From NCBI GenBank assembly GCA_003344405.1, contig NOWV01000024.1, positions 496,001 to 560,000 on the forward strand: a DNA stretch of 64,000 nucleotides, in the 5' to 3' direction. Under the pieces are notes generated by a model, which saw only the letters and a program-made list of their open reading frames with translations, was not told where the DNA came from and made no database searches. The stretch comes from Trichoplax sp. H2. Its lineage: Eukaryota. Positions 56,520 through 64,000 of the stretch are shown here, piece by piece. The position numbers were made by a program, and so were the translations under genes. Every line of letters starts with the position of its first letter. Within the stretch, counting starts at the first letter, position 1.

Positions 56520-56945
56520 AATAAGGAAGCGGCGATCGTTGGAAGTGCGCACTGTCGAAATGAAAAGGGTCCACGGTTCGGATCGGTAAGTGACTGTCAG
56601 GAATCTACTCTAGAAGCTAGTTTTACACTGACAGAGCATGCACAGTACGTGTACAGTACATTGTACAGTACAGTACAGTACAGTACTGTGTGTACAATCC
56701 TACACACGTGACCAGTCATGTTACCGAGCCGTCCGAGCGTACAGTACAGCATTTTCGTTACGCCTGCGTATACGGGATGCAAGTTATGGGAGTGACGCTT
56801 ACTGGGCTCTTCAATGACGTCACGGTACGGTACTGTACTGCATGTGGACCCGGAATTTCTATAGTAATTACTGTAATATGGAAACTCAATCTTCTGATCG
56901 GTCCGAAACGCCGGAAAGAGAACTGCCTGCTATGGCGAAAGAAAG
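56520..56945 (-). promoter_or_regulatory. Putative FRMD4 promoter (GC-rich, with E-box, CRE and CAGTA repeats)
   Basis: GC/CpG-rich block 150-570 bp upstream of the FRMD4 ATG. It contains CACGTG at 56705-56710, a palindromic CRE TGACGTCA at 56815-56822, CCGGAA Ets-like cores near 56850 and 56911, and a (CAGTA)n run at 56641-56690. Confidence 0.55.
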
Positions 56946-58340
56946 ATGCCTTTGGATTGATATCTTGGAACGAATTGAAATTGAAATAAAATAATGTTAC
57001 CATAGACAGTATTACACTATATTACTGAATTAGTGGTACTGTATAGACGAGTCTATTTTAACATTCGAATCCATTCAAAGTATATCATAAGACTTCCCAT
57101 GTTAGAGTAATTGAATTATATATGTAAAATTCAAAATTGAATGGACATCTTCAATCGATACTGACAGATTCAGGCCAAATGTGTAAAGCAGTAAAATCCA
57201 CATATTTTCCTATCATCAAGATTTATGCATTCGAATTGTCCTCAATCTCAAATTTTATTGCCACCTAACCTTAACCTACCTTTACCCCTTCACAATCGAA
57301 ACTCTGAGTTTTATATTGTGCGACTTAATGATCACAAAAGTTACAAGGTAAATTATCTCATGCAACCATACTGTAATAGCGACATTCATTGAACCATCTA
57401 TACCGCACTCCACGATCATGGATTACTGGATGAATGACAGTAAATTATATTACATAATTGTTGATTGAAACAGGTGCTCGTGATACTTGGCACATTTATT
57501 GACGAAGTAAAATCTTACGACAAAAATTAGATTTATTTTTCATCAGTTGCTCACATCAGAACATGTTCGACCATCCGATAGGTAATACAGAAGAAATGAG
57601 CTTAAATAGTAACCATAGATATACGTATTATTAACAGCGCCAATTCCTATGTTTACCATAGTCGTTACACAATGATCAAAATTCGAAAGCGAAATGAAAT
57701 AACTTACAATTAGTTATTCCACCTATCCATGATTTGATAACTGAAATCTCAAGATATTAGTGTTTCACATAACTCCCAGGTTTCTTTTCTCAACGCTGGT
57801 AATATCATATATTATGTATTAATTAAGTATAAATTTATCATACGCGTATTAACGGGTTAATTAAAACAGCATACATAACGTTTCTAATGATGACGTTTAT
57901 AACAACGATTAATATCGCAAGAGTGAATTGGGTGACAATGACGCCAATTCGTTCTAACAATGATTTACATCAGAATAAGCGTAGTCACAAATTCGTATCT
58001 TACATGCTGATAGGACAATTTACCATACGCACAAATTTAGGGGCAACACCGCCATTGAACAAACAATATGTTATATGGAATGATAACGATTATATATAAA
58101 AGATTTTTATACCAAAATATCGTAATAAACATAATGAACGTCGTATCATTAAAAGCAGCTCCTTAGAATAATAATTTACCTTTTTACGAGTATGACACCA
58201 ATTAAAAAGTATAACAATCAAAACACAGAAAATTTTTAGATATTTTGCAAGCATACGCAACTTGCCCAATAGCTGATACGTGTATATGGATATGGCGAAT
58301 TGACGATAAAAGTGAACAAGACTGAAATGTCGAAACTTAT

Positions 58341-61300
58341 CTAAAGAGTAGTAGAAATTTTTCCTTTTGCAACTTGATTGAAACTCGATTTACGGCGTGT
58401 TGCTGACCTTTTTAACCACTGTTCATGATGTTGTAAAATGGTACTGCTACCGGGTACACCCGCCAAAAACTCTCCCTATAAATATAAACGTTATAGGCTT
58501 ATTATACGTGCATACAGAAATTTTAAATTCTAATCATTACTCAAATTGATTCTTAAAAATAAACATAAACTTGGAAATAATGAGATAATCAACGTCAGTT
58601 ACATCAACCTATTCGGTAAAGTAAAGCACCTTTTTCTCTAGGTCTTGCTGTAAACGTTGAAAAGCTTCCCACATTTTATCATGCAAAGGCTTCATTTGAT
58701 TAGTTATTAAACGTTCTTGAACTATAAGGCCATTTTCTAAAACTACCAACTTTAATTACATTGAAATAAAGGATAAATTTAAAACTTGGACAAATGATCA
58801 AATGAATAACTAAATTTATCAGCATTGTATATGAATCAACAGTTCTATTGAATATCTTCGCAACTAAAAATTCCAGTTATAATTACCAATTTTAAAAGTG
58901 TAACATAAAGCTCAACAACGAGTTCAATATCATTAATATGGCTAGCAAGGTACTCTTGGCAAATGAAAGCCTAAATTGAGAAAGTGATATGAATTAGCAA
59001 GCACGCATCAAACAGTGAGCAAATTTCAATAAAATAGGGAGCATCATCATTTAACAACCGTCAAATCATAGCATGAATATTATCTTACTTCCTGATATTT
59101 TCCCAAACCACCATTAACAGGCGCTATAATCGTACCCTGTAACGCTAGTGTTAGAGCTTCGATTTTTACGTTAANNNNNNNNNNNNNNNNNNNNTCAGTT
59201 GCTCACATCAGAACATGTTCGACCATCCAATAGGTAATACAGAAGAAATGAGCTTAAATAGTAACCATAGATATACGTATTATTAACGGCGCCAATTCCT
59301 ATGTTTACCATAGTCGTTACACAATGATCAAAATTCGAAAGCGAAATGAAATAACAGGTTTCTTTTCTCAACGCTGGTAATATCATATATTATGTATTAA
59401 TTAAATATAAATTTATCATACACGTATTAACGGGTTAATTAAAACAGCATACATAACGTTTCTAATGATGACGTTTATAACAACGATTAATATCGCAAGA
59501 GTGAATTGGGTGATAATGACGCCAATCCGTTCTAACAATGATTTACATAAGCATAGTCACAAATTTGTATCTTACATGCTGTTAAGACAATTTACCATAC
59601 GCACAAATTTAGGAGCAACACCGCCATTGAACAAACAATATGTTATATGGAATGATAACGATTATATATAAAAGATTTTTATACCAAAATATCGTAATAA
59701 ACATAATGAACATCGTATTATTAAAAGCAGCTCCTTAGAATAATAATTTACCTTTTTACGAGTATGACACCAATTAAAAAGTATAACNNNNNNNNNNNNN
59801 NNNNNNNTTCGCAACTAAAAATTCCAGTTATAATTACCAATTTTAAAAGTGTAACATAAAGCTCAACAACGAGTTCAATATCATTAATATGGCTAGCAAG
59901 GTACTCTTGGCAAATGAAAGCCTAAATTGAGGAAGAGATTTGAATTAGCAAGCACGCATCAAACAGTGAGCAAATTTCAATAAAATAGGAAACATCATCA
60001 TTTAACAACCGTCAAATCATAGCATGATTATCTTACTTCCTGATATTTTCCCAAACCACCATTAACAGGCGCTATAATCGTACCCTGCAACGCTAGTGTT
60101 AGAGCTTCGATTTTTACGTTAACAGAATTCTCCAGCCCTAAAATTTGTTCTTCCAAAGCTTCCAACTTTTCTTGTAGTGAAACTACTGCATGCTCAAGAG
60201 GCTGCAATACTTTCTAATTAAAATGCACAATTCCAGGTTGTTACATTGCTTTATATGTGCATGATATGACACAGTACTATTAAACCACCTAACATAACAA
60301 GCATGCAATATTTCTCGATCTTGCCATAGAGTTTTAATGATATAACCGTAATACTTGTTAGAAATAAAGTCTGTATCAACACTAACCTTTTCAACATCAA
60401 TAACTTCGAACCATAGTTGCAGGCCAGGAAGTGGTTTCTCTATTTTTAACCGATATTGAATTAATCCTAGAGACTGATAAAATGCACAGAATCATTATCT
60501 TTTACAGATATAAAAATGGAATTAATTTATCCTGTACTTATAGAAGCTTTCTATCGAACCCGTTATTGAAGCATTAGGTACTCTAAAATTACTAGAATCT
60601 CGTATATATATAGGATTTTAGCTTTTCATATACATATGTTTCAACCGTCGACTGCAATCAGTAAATCTCATGATAACATTAGTAATAATAGTTAGTGCTA
60701 TTGTTGGGTTTCTGACTTGAATTGAAAAGAAAATTATGGCACAGATTTTAGTAATAAAACGAACTCAGACAACCAGAAACATGTAGAGCTAAACAGACTG
60801 TATTTTTATGTTGTAAACGTGCTAGAACTTTAACAAAGGTAATACCTATATTGTAAGCATAGTATAACTGACTACTTCAATCATTCTTACTTTGAAAACA
60901 TTATTGGAATCTGTTTTGCCAACTTGTACCGCAACTGATTTTTCAAAAGTATCAATTCCGCTTCTTTTAAAGCATCTGTGCATAATAAGTGGAAATTTCA
61001 AGTAGCAAATCAAGAATTTGATGACGGAGATTATTGATAGTCTAAAGGCGATAGTTCCATTAGGGTATCGTTTATCCTTATTGTAATTTATATCTTACCT
61101 TTTGACAGTTTCTTCAACTTTAGCTGATGATATATAATCTTTAGATTCTATAACTGGCTTTGCTGGCATGATTTGAATATCTTGAACATTAATTATATTT
61201 GTTAATTAACATTAGTAGTTACCATTTAGAACTGTTAATAGAGAAAGATATTTATTTATTTAAGCATGTACATTGAACTTCATCGCGATAGTATTTTGTA

Positions 61301-63728
61301 GGGTCGCTTCTAGCTTGGAGTAATTGGGCTTCTGGAAAGTAGATTTGCAGCGTACTGCAAAAATCAGTAATAGCTTGCGATGAACTGTAGATATAGGTTT
61401 TATTCTAAAAGAGGATGTAAATATTTTAATAAGTTAGTTAAGGATAGCAATCACAGCATGCAATAAAAATTGTAAGAAAAGAGCTATGTTTTGCAAAGAT
61501 TCTAGAATCGAACATTATTCTAAGTATCATAAAGTATGCACACTATGAAAATTGACTATAGTTGCTAATTCTAAATATTAAACACTATACGATCATATAA
61601 TTTCGATTTACTTTCAATGGAATATTTCATATTAGTACGTACCTGGATCAGCTTTGGGAAGCGAAGCCCGTAAAATCCAACATGGTAAAAATAAGGAAGG
61701 ACAACTCTGGAATCTAACATTTTATCCACGATATTCGCGTATTTTTTCTAGGACAAAATGAGTTAGGTATTACACAACTTTAAATCAAACCGCAACGGAC
61801 TAATAACGAGTAAAATTAGCGCCATCAGGCAACAGGTAACTACATATTTGCCACAATACTTGAGGTGAGAATATGTATGATATTAACATTATTGCAGCAA
61901 TATTCGATATAATCAACATAAATTTTCTTTTAGCACAACTAGATGTAAAATTATAGCAAGAAAGATTTACCATTTAATAAACTCCTAAATTACACTTAGC
62001 TAGAAACATTAAATATACATGTGCGTGATCATACGATTTGCAGCACCTAGTTAGATATTACGTACCAGCATACCGCTAAGTTTCCTTAGATCCAGTTCAT
62101 TTTGGTACCTGAGCACCAGGTCTCGGCAAATAGACATAGCACTTTCCCACGACTAATATACGCATAAGCAAACAAACATTCTATCTCATTGATTTTGTTT
62201 TTAAGCCGATAAGTAATCGAAGTAATCGCAATGGATAAATTAAATGTACTCAATGCAGAATTTTGACGTTAAATCAAATTAATTACAACAAGCTCAAAGT
62301 AGGATAAGTTTATCCAATATCTAACTATCTAACATTTCTTACAGCATATCATACCTCTCCTTGTATAAATAGATCCACAGCCATTTTATTTAATTTCTCT
62401 TTTCGTTGTTCTTCCGTCTCGGCTTTATAATTAGTATGAGCAACATCGGGTAGATAATCATTGGACCACTAACAACAAAAAAATTACACATTAGATCATT
62501 TACGTATTGTAAATATACTGTAACTAACATGAAGGAATGACTTTATCCGAAATGTAGCGAGAATAAAAATGAAAGCAATTTACCGTCAATTTATTCGAAT
62601 AGTGCAATAGGGTATATCCCGCTTCAACAAAATTTCCTAATTTTAACTGCTCTTGATAGAACTTGTTTAAGTATCTAATAAAATATTAAATAGTCGCATT
62701 CAAGAAATGCTATAAACTCTCCATGCATGTTACTATGAGCGTATTTTTTGAAATATTTGTGAATTTTAAATGTAGCCGTAGCAATTTTTAAGAGATGTGA
62801 ACATTTTTATACTAGAATATTGCAGCTAAAAATCCAGTACATGTTTAGAGTTCATTGAGGAAAATATTATTTAGAAACATGAATAACTGCCTTCCAGCAT
62901 ACCTGATATATAGACTCTGATAATTAATGCTGTAATAAAAGTCCTATAAAGGTGACAATTATTACAGATAATCATTAGAAATTGTTGTTGAACGTATAAA
63001 ATTTGCTTCAATTAAGCCATAATTTAGTGGAAAGAATACAAAATTTTACCAATATTCGCAGACGTAAATCGTTATTTACTAAAGCTATATAATAGTTCAC
63101 CTAACTTTTCCATTATCTCCGGTTATCATTTATCGATTTTATGAGTATCAATATAATTACAGTAAAATCTTATCTTAAGATAGCGAAAGAATTTACAATC
63201 AAACATGTTCGTTAATGATTGACAGCTTACAATGAGGTTTCTAAGGCATCGCAACTTTACATCTTGATTCTCGACATGAAAATTTCTATAATCAATCCGC
63301 CAGATAAAGGAATGAATTCAGTTTTAAAGTTAGTATTTGATACCATAAGTGGAGTGTTATGATTATTTATGATTAAATTATAAATTGAATGAAGAAGATT
63401 TTGTAGCCGGCTAGTTGCTTTAGGCTACGTGGCTATATTATATAGAAGCTAGATAAATTAGCGCAGGTACATAACTGCGTCTGATTATTGGCTAAAGCCG
63501 ATATACAGTGATTGCAATGTGTAATACATTAAGGAGTGGTAAGATTTTTTTTGCCCGCGTTACATAGTAATTAAGTATTGATAGTTTCACTCTATACTAA
63601 TCATTGTATTAATTTTAATTTAACCTTACCTATAGTCAAGTAATTTATCAATTAGATCGGTCATGTTATTAACAAACACGCGACCATGTTCATCCAGATA
63701 CTTCGAATTAAGTAACATATTGGTAAAG
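58341..63728 (-). CDS. DOCK3/4: DOCK-family Rho/Rac GEF (DOCK1-5 type, most like DOCK3/4); 3' partial covering the DHR-2 domain, continues beyond the window end
   Basis: Exons 63728-63630, 63285-63231, 62943-62903, 62674-62584, 62468-62355, 62152-62066, 61747-61643, 61404-61272, 61180-61099, 60975-60891, 60473-60387, 60213-60037, 59921-59838 (duplicate copy 58970-58887), 58749-58630, 58475-58341. Motifs: LIDKLLDYR, LYIRYLNK..GNFVEAGYTLL, WESAMSICRDL, YFYHVGFYGLRFP, LPGLQLWFEV, LQGTIIAPVNGGLGKYQEAF (nucleotide-sensor Val) and MKPLHDKM. Confidence 0.9.
59175..59194. other. Assembly gap (20 N)
   Basis: Run of N in the sequence. Confidence 1.
59788..59807. other. Assembly gap (20 N)
   Basis: Run of N in the sequence. 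Confidence 1.
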
Positions 63729-64000
63729 CTATAAAAATAACAAAATGATCTACTTAGCATTAACGGTAATAATAACTACAGAGATTCTATCCCAATATCC
63801 ATTAGAATTGAGCATCATAAAAGCAAGGTAAGGAAAATAATAAAACATTGTATTTGTCATCAATAATAGAATAAAAATATAATAAAATTCTAGTCATAAT
63901 AGGTTATTTAAATTGGGCACTTGGTTATAGAAGCAAAGATAACAGTGCGATAGTTTACATATAAGATCTCAATCAGCGTTCAGGAATATATTGGTAACTC

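Larger units (their letters stand above)
57543..60122. repeat. Near-identical tandem duplication flanked by N gaps (probable uncollapsed haplotypes)
   Basis: 57543-58215 matches 59195-59787 (74-bp and 6-bp indels plus SNPs). 58857-59174 matches 59808-60122 (3-bp indel plus SNPs). The 20-N gaps at 59175-59194 and 59788-59807 fall exactly at the junctions. Confidence 0.92.

Noticed and set aside
56110..57003. Cluster of overlapping ORFs on both strands
   Set aside because: A by-product of GC-rich, stop-poor promoter DNA and the antisense of FRMD4 exon 1.
57887..59671. Twin 70-aa and 68-aa ORFs suggesting a duplicated small gene
   Set aside because: Their similarity simply reflects the haplotype duplication; there is no protein motif.

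Overview
AT-rich eukaryotic (animal) genomic DNA with mostly short GT-AG introns. A placozoan such as Trichoplax is my inference from compactness, base composition and gene content; it is not proven. Manual exon assembly gives six intron-rich protein-coding genes: Porcupine/PORCN (-, 7826-13928), a voltage-gated Ca2+ channel alpha2delta subunit (+, 27889-40945, 40 exons, including a U12-type AT-AC intron), HAUS7 (-, 42328-44513) head-to-head with FAM185A (+, 44973-47208), FRMD4 (-, 48078-56371), and the 3' part of a divergent DOCK-family Rac GEF (-, 58341 to beyond the window end). The DOCK 3' end sits in a gap-flanked duplication that looks like two uncollapsed haplotypes. I found no convincing genes in 1-7800 or 14000-27800. 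Most ORF-track entries are exon fragments or noise. I found no convincing new multi-gene system. The best leads are the minor-spliceosome intron, the intact amino-acid/gabapentinoid pocket of alpha2delta, the atypical DOCK, the ancient synteny and a recurrent CAGTA motif near promoters.
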